Shown piece by piece: positions 53,380-64,000 of a stretch of 64,000 nt of DNA. How positions within the stretch are numbered: position 1 is the first letter of the stretch; every line of letters starts with the position of its first letter. The notes under the pieces are model-generated. The model searched no databases, was not told where the DNA came from, and saw nothing but the letters and a program-made list of their open reading frames with translations. The DNA lies in NCBI GenBank assembly GCA_051362555.1, contig CM120641.1:22072001-22136000 (forward strand). Direction: 5' to 3'. A program made the translations under genes and the position numbers. The stretch is from Lingula anatina. Taxonomy: Eukaryota; Animalia; Brachiopoda.

Positions 53380-56300
53380 TATGTATTGTACTGCACTAGT
53401 GATTTAATGAAGAAAATAATAAAATAATTTGTCTTGCTAGTATCATTCTTATGTTACTGTAGTGACTTTTTTTAATAACTGTATGACACCTGTTTTTCAT
53501 ATCATTTACTCAGATCACAAATACAAGTTCGCCTGTGTTGTGTTTATTTGTTGTATTTGTGTGCAACTGTCAGTAAAATGCAATGATTTTGTGAAAATTT
53601 CAACTTATATGTTGTCCATTTTAATACTTTCTTTTGTCATCTTTCCTGTCATTTAAGTCAGATCTGATCACAATGAAACTTACATTTTGTGAATGCTATC
53701 CATTAGTTTCTATAGCATCATTTTCATAAGTAAATAAATGAAGAAAATTAACTTTATGATCAAGTTCGAGCCTTTTGAATTAGTTATTATAAATTTAGTG
53801 AAATTAAAACAAAGATGCAGGCAAGTCTAATGTTCTGATGTGCCATTCATCAGTAAATGAAATGTCAAATGATTTTATTTTACTTCTTTATAAATAAAGT
53901 TTAATAGTAAAACATTTATAAAGAAAAATTAGTTGCGGTTATAAAGCTTTTGTTGTTCAAACGGATCTCATGAAATGACCAGTCAATGAAGAACAATCAA
54001 AAATGAACAATATCTTTAATATGTCTATTTTGCATCCACTGGCATGTTTAGACAAGCATCTCTTTAAAATCCCAAAGACAGTAATATAAATTGACAATTT
54101 AAAAATGAAAAAGAGTGGATAACTATATAAAGTTCTTGACATCTACATCAGGGAAATAGTGAAAATGGAAGTTTGTAGCCAACACCGATTGAAGAATATT
54201 TGCAAAAAAACAGAAGTAGGAAATTTCCTATTGCAATACGCTGGAGTTAATAATTTAAATTTAGTAATTATGATAACTTAAAATGAAGCAATTCAGCCCT
54301 TGACAGCACTGGATTATTCTATTTACAAATGTCCAATGCTTGTAGAATGTACATGGACCTACTTTCAACATTGATCTCATTGAAAGCAAAACAGTCATGC
54401 CACTCCCATATATAAAGTGACAAAAAGGTTGCAAATGAATCTCTGCAAAGGCCATAAAGGTGATTAAATATAGTAGTGAAAGTCCATCATTCCTATTCAA
54501 AACTAGAGGATCAGAGAGGCGATACCGCCTCCAAATATTGTACCACCAGCTGGAGCAAACGCATTCGTATAGACCCCCACATACACAAAATAAGGGACAC
54601 AGCCACCAGTTTTGTGCTTGACAAGCTGTAAAAATGCAATCAACAAGAATTTTTTAACTATTGCAAAAATATATATATGGTACAATCAAATTTCAGTTCT
54701 TCGTAAGGTAGGTCAAGGGTCAATTTCAAGGTCACAGTAAATTGCCAGTATATGACTTCCTATTCAAGTTCAAGAGTAACTATGGACCTATCTCTGTCAA
54801 GTTTGAAGTTAAAAGAGAAAGAAATTAGCAGAGTTCAGTTCATGATAAAAAGTAGGTCAAAGGTCAATTTCAAGGTCACACTTAGATTGCCAGTATAGGA
54901 CTTCCTATTCAACTTCAATAGTAACTATGGACCTATCTCAGCCAGTTTTGGAGATAAAAGGGAAGCAAAATTTGCAAAATTCAGTTCATGGTGAAAAGTA
55001 GGTCAAAGGTCAATTTTAAGGTCACATTTAGATTGCCAGTATATGACTTCCTATTCAAGTTCAATAGTAACTACGGACCTATCTCAGCCAGTTTTGGAGA
55101 TAAAAGGAAAGCAAAATTTGCAAAATTCAGTTCATGGTGAAAAGTAGGTCAAAAGTCAATTTTAATGTCACATATAGATTGCCAGTATATGACTTCCTAT
55201 TTAAGTTCAATAGTAACTACGGACCTATCTCTGCCAGTTTTGGAGATAAAAGGAAAGCAAAATTTGCAAAATTCAGTTCATGGTGTAAAGTAGGTCAAAG
55301 GTCAATTTTAAGGTCACATTTAGATTGCCAGTATATGACTTCCTATTCAAGTTCAATAGTAACTATGGACCTATCTCTGCCAGTTTTGGAGATAAAAGGG
55401 AAGAAAAATTTGCAAAGTTCAGTTCATGGTGAAAAGTAGGTCAAAGGTCAATTTCAAGGTCATAGTAAGATTGCCAGTATATGACTTCCTATTCAACTTC
55501 AATAGTAACTATGGACCTATCTCTGCCAGTTTTGGAGATATAAGGGACTAGATGTTATAATTTTGGAGTTACCATAATGTGCCTTAAATTTCGTACAGAA
55601 AAAATTAATTAAAATAAAGAAAATGTCATATTGGTCAAAATTCTTGAAATAGGAGGTGCTCTGAAGTTTCAGAAGTTCAAATTTGATGAAATAATGTCAT
55701 TTTTGAACACAAGTTGTCTGCTTTGCCAAGCCTTATGTTTTATTTTTCCAGAGTTCAAAATTTATTATCCATTACTGTACTGCACATTTTGCTTTTACCA
55801 CCAATATGTACTTTTTGATACAGCGTAACTCGAAAACCGTATGGAATACAAAAAAACCAAGACCACCTCCAGTGTTGGGCTTTACATGCTTTACAAAATG
55901 CAAAAAAGAATGGGTCTCTAGCATTAACGGTTCCCGAATTAGAGACAGTTTTCAGTTTCGGTATCTTATGGCCGCTACTCCCATGAAAATGCACCGATTG
56001 ACCCCAAATTCATGGAGATGAAAGATGACCTGAAAGGTAACACTTTCCAATAATATTATTGGTTAAGTCTGTGTGGTGTCTGAATAACAGGGCAAAAAAT
56101 TTTTTTTTCGTAAAAAATTTCATTTTTTTGAAAATTTTGGCCCATTTGACCTTGAAGTAGAGGTCAAAGGTCAAATCCAAGGGTATATTCGAAATCTACA
56201 CATATGACTTTTGGAAAGCCGTCTATAGAAATTTTTCCCATAACTCCTTCCATAGGGTAGATAATTAGCATTTAATTTTGCCATTTTTAGACAAGGGTGC

Positions 56301-58390
56301 ATTGCAATGAGTGCCACACCCAGACCCCAATACCGACAAAGCCCAAATTTTACGTGGAACGAGTTGAGATTATAGGTGACCTAAATCCATGAGATGGGTA
56401 CGGGGGCCCTTACCGTCTAGGAGGAGAAGCGGTAACGGTAGCCGTCCGGCGGAGCCGGCGGAGCCAACGGAGCCGGCGGAACGATCCGGACGGGACCGAA
56501 ACCATGTGTACCGCCAGCGCTAACGCTGGTGGTACAATGAATAACAATACTGCCCCTGTTATATAAACAAGGTTTGTTAAGTTTGTATGTACACTAAGGC
56601 ATTTGATCTTCAAAAATCCATCCCTGCAGCTAGAGGATTCAAGTCAATTTAGACTGGTTTACATTTGCCAAGCAATGTGATCCATCTTTATCCCAGAGTT
56701 TGCATGTGAAGTTATCCAGCCCCCTTTACCGGGTATGCCCAATATGATGCTAGAGCCACAGCATGTTTTATATGGCATCCCCACTGAAAAAAAAAAGAAT
56801 AATTTATGTTCACTCACAATAACAAATTTGACCTGCCAGATACTAAACATAGCACTATAGTACTGACTTTTGAGAGATTGAACTTCAAAGTAAATGTGAT
56901 AATGATGGCCTTTTTAGTTTGTGAATAAAACGATTCAAAAACATCAGCTGACAAAACCTATCTTACATCAGTAATATTTTAACAGAGATGTGATATACAC
57001 TTCATTATGAATTAAGAAATATTTCCTTACCTGGCAAAGTTTAACATTGGCCACATGAATAATTGGAAGCTGCCGGGGCATCATCCGTCCGATTCTCATT
57101 CAATCCTAGCCACTTTCATCTAAAAGGCATGCGTATCAACGGGCATGGTAACCAATGTCATTTTCCTGTACCACAAGCAAATATCTGGTGATGTAGCCTG
57201 TTTAACGCGACCTTTGCTGCGTAGTACATCCTCCGGGCGAATTTTGCTTTGCAAGCGTCATCGGCTCTTAGCTTGGCAAATTCGACATGTCAGTTGTACG
57301 TACATATTATATCAATACTTTTTCTTTATAAAGTGAAAAAAGAACAAGCCTGTAGCTCAAAAAATTTGTAAGTTCAGCTATTTTTCAAGTAAAGAAATCG
57401 CTGCTCTGCTTCCTTGTGGTCTCCATATTTTAACCCCACCTCAAGGCAGATCTCGTAAAATCACGGGGAAATTTGGTCTTCTCGTTGAGAACCCGGACAG
57501 CCTCTATTAAAGGGATAATAACTCTTCGTATGAGATCTATATTTCACAATAAAAACATTGTGAATAACTCATAGAAATATAATATATTCTGTTTTACCAC
57601 AAAAACGGCAGTTATACCTATTATTCTGATATCTGAGCTTTTCTTTAGACCACGTGACCTCCATTGATGGCTATACTCTGCTAAAATCACTTAAGAGATT
57701 TTAACAAAAAACCAAACTAATTAGAAAAAAACCAGGGACTAACTTTGAATGTAAAAATGGATTCATTAACCATTGGCAAGTATGGGAAAATTGTTGTTTA
57801 CTCCAGGAAAATTCATTTTTTGGCCGAAACGAAGAGTTATTATCCCTTTAAGCAACCCCCAAATATGATAGAGTAATGTAAAATTATAATAAAATTTGAA
57901 TACTTGTAGGAGATGTATCATGACTTTTGCTTTTAAAGGAAATATATGTAACTTTTCTTTATTTGCCAGAGCTCCATCTTTTGTCTACATGGCCCACTCA
58001 CCCAATTTTTTCCACCTCAGAGTATCCATAAGCCACAAATAGCATGACAGAATAGATGAGAAGAACAGCCGCACCCATCCAGTGAAATGAGGAGCGCCTG
58101 TCTCCGTGATAAAAACTTGACTTGTAAAACTTCTCTTTATAAGTAGAAAAGCTGATTGTGGCCTCATATTTGTTGATTTCTCTGTCCAATTCATCATGGA
58201 GCAGTTGCAAGGCTTCCTTGGTGTTGTAGCCTTTCAGGTCTGGGAACTCCTGGTCCTGCAAAGAGGATTTAATATAATTACTACTGCCCGGTTAATCAAT
58301 CATTAATAAAATGATTGGTCAATGCAAATAGTTCAATGTAACGTTATTTATAATAATTTATTCATAAATCCTTACGTGTTTGACATACAT
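41073..58390 (-). CDS. TMEM94: Transmembrane protein 94 (KIAA0195/ERMA; P-type-ATPase-like)
   Basis: Multi-exon. Motifs: GYNTKEALQLL (58002-58255 exon), VNLPTTLLIEGDII, LCCIDKKGILSWPNP (~48640-48692), IFIGMVTMQYQAR, CIRFVHFSEENELRSRVFSEKMGLEAGWNCHISL, C-terminal FGTKLGMNSPF* (41073). The start exon 58390-58376 is tentative. Confidence 0.92.
43630..43700. repeat. (GA)n microsatellite next to a TMEM94 splice donor
   Basis: Direct reading. Confidence 0.95.
50988..51153. mobile_element. Small MITE with 5-bp target duplication
   Basis: TIR caggggcagat / atctgcccctg, flanked by tattt on both sides. Confidence 0.65.
53298..53376. repeat. (TA)n microsatellite
   Basis: Direct reading; other (TA)n runs at ~46490-46513 and ~60013-60070. 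Confidence 0.95.
54501..56541 (+). mobile_element. HINE/Helentron-like non-autonomous element with 146-bp tandem array (copy 1)
   Basis: Starts aactag; subTIR attgtaccaccagc (54537-54550) / gctggtggtacaat (56525-56538); 3' hairpin tgtaccgccagcgctaacgctggtggtaca; CGGA-type microsatellite; ~6 units of 146 bp at ~54700-55550; near-identical inverted copy from 61829. Confidence 0.85.
57511..57847. mobile_element. Non-autonomous Kolobok-type DNA transposon
   Basis: Perfect 18-bp TIR agggataataactcttcg / cgaagagttattatccct, TTAA on both sides (57507-57510, 57848-57851). Purine termini fit Kolobok better than piggyBac (CCC/GGG). Confidence 0.75.
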
Positions 58391-59027
58391 TTATTTCTAA
58401 AACTGCAAATTAAAGAAGTAAACAGTGATTAGAGTATCAAAACAAATAACAAAATGAACTCATGGGTTTCTATGAAGTTTTGATAAATTAAAACAAATTC
58501 CAGACTGATCAGAAAGTTCGACACAACATTACATCATTCTGCTTTACGACAACAAAAGGCGGTGCATGAGTGAACCTGTCAGTAGCACATGTCATTACAA
58601 AAGAAGCATGAGCATGATGCACGCAGTCAGCAGTCTCGAGAAGAACTACAGATTCTAATCAGGTATGAAAACTTAGCTATTAAACCCTGTGGTACATATT
58701 TAACTAAGGACATAGGGCATCTGTTAATAAATTATCTAGGAGGATACTCACACTGCTGTCATTCATTTTACGTTTTAGAAAACGTTACCTTCACCACCAC
58801 TCGACCTCTCCATTCCCTTTTTTAAGACGGTCACACAAGACAATCCTGAATTGTGCACATTTCGCTGCAAAAAAAAAAGAATATGGTTTATGCATTGTTC
58901 TTTTTTAAAATTTTGTTTCACCTATGAAACATTGTTTGAGATATCTGTTAGATTTTCTTTGTTTGATGTATAAAACTTTGGTTTTCTTATCTTGGTAGTG
59001 GCGATGCCTCCTGGGCAATTTCAACCA

Positions 59028-60010
59028 ATGATCAACGTTGCCCAGCACGCTAAAATTTGGCGGACTTTCCAACTCTGTTTTTGTTGCCGAAGGTGGCTTT
59101 GGATGAACTTTTTCTCAGGGAATTGTAGAAATATTTTGCTGAACAGCCAGGTAAAACCTATAGAGAAGATGCTTGGAAGACTAAAACCGAAGAAATCATT
59201 CGAAGCTGGTAAGCGATATGTGAAATTATATTTTTTTCTGGAGACGAAATGCGAGGGCGCAAACAAGTTCACGTTCTCACAAACAAAGCACGCAAGAAGC
59301 TTGCAAAGCGTTTGCTCGAGTGCTCCAAAAATGAAACTGATTCTTAGTTTCATATTTTTGCTAATGTTTGTGTATAATTTTGTTTAATTTTATTTAGCTT
59401 GTTCGTTATGTTCAGGGGTAAAACATTAGGGTGATGGGGGTTGGGGGCGCGAACGTGAGAGTCAGTATTAGAGTCTTGAGTTATATACCATAAATATTAT
59501 TATTTTAAAACTGAACCCTAGTTCACCCTACCCTTAGCAAAATCCTGAACCTGCTGGTGATACTGAACCAAAAGAAGGATCTAATAAAGTGGGTCCTATC
59601 TTTTGTAAGTTCACATGACTCATGGCTCATGTTTCAGGTCATCTGAGGTGACCAACTGGTGTTATTTTTCCAGTGGGGAAATATTTTTAAAAATATTTTC
59701 CTCTGTGTAATGTGTAATATCACCAATATGTTGAAATGTTAAGAATTGACATGAATAAAATACGTGAGAGTAAGCCAACACTAAGACATGATTGTATATC
59801 TTTCCATCTTTTTTCCAATTTCATATCACCAGAATTCATCAAAGATTTTGAAAATTTGAATTTTTGCAAAAGTACATCCACAGTAAGTACATTGTCATTT
59901 TGTATCTACTTTTAAATGTAGAATCTGTAATAAGAATCATCTTATTTTTCAATTCATTGAAGATCGCTTTGGTAAATTTTGTATTGAAAATTTAGTATTA
60001 TTATGTTAAA

Positions 60011-60080
<70 letters not shown>

Positions 60081-61563
60081 TAATTGAAAAAATAGGGCTG
60101 GGAGTAGGTTAATTGTTATATATATGTATGTGTGTGTGTGTGTGTGTGTCTAATAATAAACGCTTATACCTGCCTTGGCATTTTCAGGTTTGCATTGAAG
60201 GCAACATAGGCAGTGGGAAGTCAACCTTGCTCAATCATTTTGCAAATTCACCACACGTAGAGGTTTGTTGATCCTCTGTTCATATAGTTTAAATTAACAA
60301 GGGTCTTCATTTTGTTTTGTGGTATTTATAAATTGTGAGAGTTATGAATGTGAAATAACATTTTTGGCACTGGGGGGAAAGCTGTTCTTAAACGCAATTA
60401 TGTTTTATAAGTGGGCATAGAGAACGTTTGTTGATAGTCACTTCTTTTTTTTTTTAGGCAATAAAAGAACCCTTAGATAAATGGTGCAATCTTCAGGGAC
60501 ACAATGCTTTGGTGAGTTAAGTTAAATTTTTTCTCTGTGAAAGGAATTAAATAGCTGCTTAAAAAATAGACAGTATGTCACTGTAATCATGATAACTATT
60601 CCAGTATTGTAAATTGTTTGATTATATGCATTCATTGAAGGTCGCTTTGATTATGTGCAATATTGAAATGTTTAGCGAGATGGTAATATATTGTTTATCC
60701 TATTTGTAAGTGTTTCTCTTTTAGGAACTTTTGTATAAGGATATGAAAAGGTGGAGTTTTTCCTTTAATACTTATGTCCAGCTGACCAGAGTGCAAATGC
60801 ATAACTTCGAAACTGTGAGTGCATGTTATAAATTCAAATTATATTACTAGTAAATTATATCATGTGAGATGTCTTTCTAGAAGCTGCCGTGTTTTTTGCA
60901 AATTTAACTCAATTTTTGTCGTTACGTAAACTAGAAAAGGACATGAAATTATTTAATGCCATCACTTATCAGCTCTTTTTGACATTTCAGCAAAAACCTA
61001 TCAGAATGATTGAGAGGTCTTTACACAGCACAAAACATGTGTTCATGGAAAATAACAGACGGACGTAAGTGGATTATAAACTCTTCCATTTTTGTTTATT
61101 TTTAAAATAACACTGTATTTATGCACAATGAGTGCCTTAAGTGTTTTGTACATATAGTAAATTTGAATCAAATATATCCTGTAAAATACTTTTTTCTATT
61201 GCAGGGGCATTCTTCATGAGATGGAATATGCTATATTAGATAACTGGTATGAGTGGTTGAATGAAACAAAACAGGCAGAGGTTGACTTAATTGGTGAGTT
61301 CTGCAAGTGGTGCTGCAAAACATTCCCTGTCCCCTGTTTTGAATTAAAGATGCAATTTAGGTGTTGTTATTAGTTTTAGTGAAAGTATTGTAGTGAGAAG
61401 CTGAAAAAAGGAATTCAAATTTCATTGCTGTATTTTTGTTAAGCATACAATTACATGCTTTGAAGTTATTTTATCCACTGCAGTATATGTTCGAGCTCCA
61501 CCAGAGGTATCCTATCAAAGAATAACAAGAAGAGACAGAAAAGAAGAATCTGGGGTCCCTTAT
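59028..61563 (+). CDS. Deoxynucleoside kinase, TK2/dNK family (3' end beyond the window or the inserted element)
   Basis: Exons ~59028-59208, 59833-59882, 60188-60262 (CIEGNIGSGKST P-loop), 60458-60511 (EPLDKW), 60725-60814 (TYVQLTR), 60991-61064 (MIERS), 61205-61293, 61484-61563 (YVRAPPEVSYQRITRRDRKEE lid). The N-terminus resembles a mitochondrial leader; the start codon is uncertain. Confidence 0.88.
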
Positions 61564-61828
61564 GTGAGTTTTAAAAACATATATCTTCCCTGTGTAATAC
61601 TAATGTCACATTTATCAAATATTTGGTAGAATGTTATATGTTACACAGATTAAGCATGCTATTTTTAAGAAATGAGTAGTTCATTTTTATACGTCCAATG
61701 TGATAGACTAAACTAGATCAACTTAATGAGCAGATTCTTTGGGACATTGTTTATGCCTGAGAGACAAGTGCACATTTTAAGCACTTTTTACTTCATTTAA
61801 GTGTAGTGGTTTTCAAGATGGGTGTATT

Positions 61829-64000
61829 TAATTGTACCACCAGCGTTAGCGCTGGCGGTACACATGGTTTCGGTCCCGTCTGGATCGTTCCGCCGGCTCC
61901 GTTGGCTCCGCCGGCTCCGCCGGATGGCTACCGTTACCGCTTCTCCTCCTAGACGGTAAGGGCCCCCGTACCCATCTCATGGATTTAGGTCACCTATAAT
62001 CTCAACTCGTTCCACGTAAAATTTGGGCTTTGTCGGTATTGGGGTCTGGGTGTGGCACTCATTGCAATGCACCCTTGTCTAAAAATGGCAAAATTAAATG
62101 CTAATTATCTACCCTACGGAAGGGGTTATGGGAAAAATTTCTATAGACGGCTTTCCAAAAGTCATATGTGTAGATTTCAAATATACCCTTGGATTTGACC
62201 TTTGACCTTTACTTCAAGGTCAAATGGGCCAAAATTTTCAAAAACATGAAATTTTTTACGAAACAAAAATTTTTTTGCCCTGTTATTCAGACACCACACA
62301 GACTTAACCAATAATATTATTGGAAAGTGTTACCCTTCAGGTCATCTTTCATCTCCATGAATTTGGGGTCAATCGGTGCATTTTCACGGGAGTAGCGGCC
62401 ATAAGATACCGAAACTGAAAACTGTCTCTAATTCGGGAACCGTTAATGCTAGAAACCCATTCTTTTTTGCATTTTGTAGAGCATGTAAAGCCCAACACTG
62501 GAGGTGGTCTCGGTTTTTTTGTATTCCATACGGTTTTCGAGTTACGCTGTATCAAAAAGCACATATTGGTGGTAAAAGCAAAATGTGCAGTACGGTAATG
62601 GATAATAAATTTTGAACTCTGGAAAAATAAAACATAAGGCTTGGCAAAGCAGACAACTTGTGTTCAAAAATGACATTATTTCATCAAATTTGAACTTCTG
62701 AAACTTCAGAGCACCTCCTATTTCAAGAATTTTGACCAAAATGACCTTTTCTTTATTTTAATTAATTTTTTCTGTACGAAATTTAAGGCACATTATGGTA
62801 ACTCCAAAATTATAACATTTAGTCCCTTATATCTCCAAAACTGGCAGAGATAGGTCCATAGTTACTATTGAAGTTGAATAGGAAGTCATATACTGGCAAT
62901 CTTACTATGACCTTGAAATTGACCTTTGACCTACTTTTCACCATGAACTGAACTTTGCAAATTTTTCTTCCCTTTTATCTCCAAAACTGGCAGAGATAGG
63001 TCCATAGTTACTATTGAACTTGAATAGGAAGTCATATAATGGCAATCTATATGTGACATTAAAATTGACCTTTGACCTACTTTTCACCATGAACTGAATT
63101 TTGCAAATTTTGCTTTCCTTTTATCTCCAAAACTGGCTGAGATAGGTCCGTAGTTACTATTGAAGTTGAATAGGAAGTCATATACTGGCAATCTAAATGT
63201 GACCTTAAAATTGACCTTTGACCTACTTTTCACCATAAACTGAACTTTGCAAAATTTGCTTCCCTTTTATCTCCAAAACTGGCAGAGATAGGTCCATAGT
63301 TACTATTGAAGTTGAATAGGAAGTCATATACTGGCAATCTAAATGTGACCTTAAAATTGACCTTTGACCTACTTTTCACCATGAACTGAACTTTGCAAAT
63401 TTTTCTTCCCTTTTATCTCCAAAACTGGCAGAGATAGGTCCATAGTTACTATTGAAGTTGAATAGGTTGTCATATACTGGCAATCTAAATGTGACCTTAA
63501 AATTGACCTTTGACCTACTTTACACCATGAACTGAATTTTGCAAATTTTGCTTTCCTTTTATCTCCAAAACTGGCTGAGATAGGTCCGTAGTTACTATTG
63601 AACCTGAATAGGAAGTCACATACTGGCAATCTATATGTGACATTAAAATTGACCTTTGACCTACTTTTCACCATGAACTGAATTTTGCAAATTTTGCTTT
63701 CCTTTTATCTCCAAAACTGGCTGAGATAGGTCCGTAGTTACTATTGAACTTGAATAGGAAGTCATATACTGGCAATCTAAATGTGACCTTAAAATTGACC
63801 TTTGACCTACTTTTCACCATAAACTGAACTTTGCAAAATTTGCTTCCCTTTTATCTCCAAAACTGGCAGAGATAGGTCCATAGTTACTATTGAACTTGAA
63901 TAGGAAGTCATATACTGGCAATCTAATTGTGACCTTGAAATTGACCTTTGACCTACTTTTCACCATGAACTGAACTTTGCAAATTTTGCTTCCCTTTTAT
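61829..64000 (-). mobile_element. HINE/Helentron-like element with 146-bp tandem array (copy 2, truncated by window end)
   Basis: Reverse complement of 54700-56540 with scattered substitutions; at least 8 array units from ~62830 to 64000; lies in a dNK intron. Confidence 0.88.

Larger units (their letters stand above)
52228..57509. mobile_element. Putative degenerate ~5.3-kb TIR DNA transposon filling a TMEM94 intron
   Basis: Ends taatagggaatgtccggg / cccggacagcctctatta (15/18 inverted match), plus a perfect inverted 16-mer gaggtggggttaaaat (52316-52331 / 57427-57442). No transposase recognised. Confidence 0.5.

Noticed and set aside
58789-58813. Minus-strand ATG exon (MERSSGGE) as the TMEM94 start
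   Set aside because: Its phase-1 donor is out of frame with the next large exon. The 58390-58376 mini-exon fits, so this is more likely 5' UTR or a uORF.
55134-63674. Duplicated ORFs (MVKSRSKVNF..., MVKILEIGG..., MHFHGSSGHK...) as paralogous genes or transposase
   Set aside because: They lie inside the two HINE copies and their tandem arrays and show no recognisable protein motifs; the duplication reflects the element.
1-64000. tRNA, rRNA or other structured RNA genes
   Set aside because: None recognisable by eye; tRNAscan-SE or Infernal would be needed to exclude intronic snoRNAs.

Overview
AT-rich, intron-containing animal DNA, most likely from a marine invertebrate (lophotrochozoan/mollusc-like; taxon is inferred). 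The first ~16.5 kb hold three tandem + strand paralogous genes. Each encodes a secreted precursor built from repeats of a ~44-aa helical six-cysteine module, C-x3-C-x14/15-C-x5-C-x11-C-x3-C (6 + 9 + 3 = 18 modules), usually one module per phase-1 exon. I cannot assign this module to a known family, and it is the main candidate for an undescribed system (possibly a defence, toxin or pheromone polyprotein). One module has lost C1 and C6 together, suggesting nested C1-C6/C2-C5/C3-C4 disulfides. The rest of the window is a compact block of conserved genes: HDHD2 (+), HYPK (-), CYBC1/EROS (-), HEXD (+), MRPS7 (+), TMEM94 (-) and a TK2-like deoxynucleoside kinase (+, runs off the end). Non-autonomous transposons are interspersed: Harbinger-type MITEs, a Kolobok-type element, and Helentron/HINE-like elements with 146-bp tandem arrays. 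Gene models were spliced by eye, without RNA evidence.
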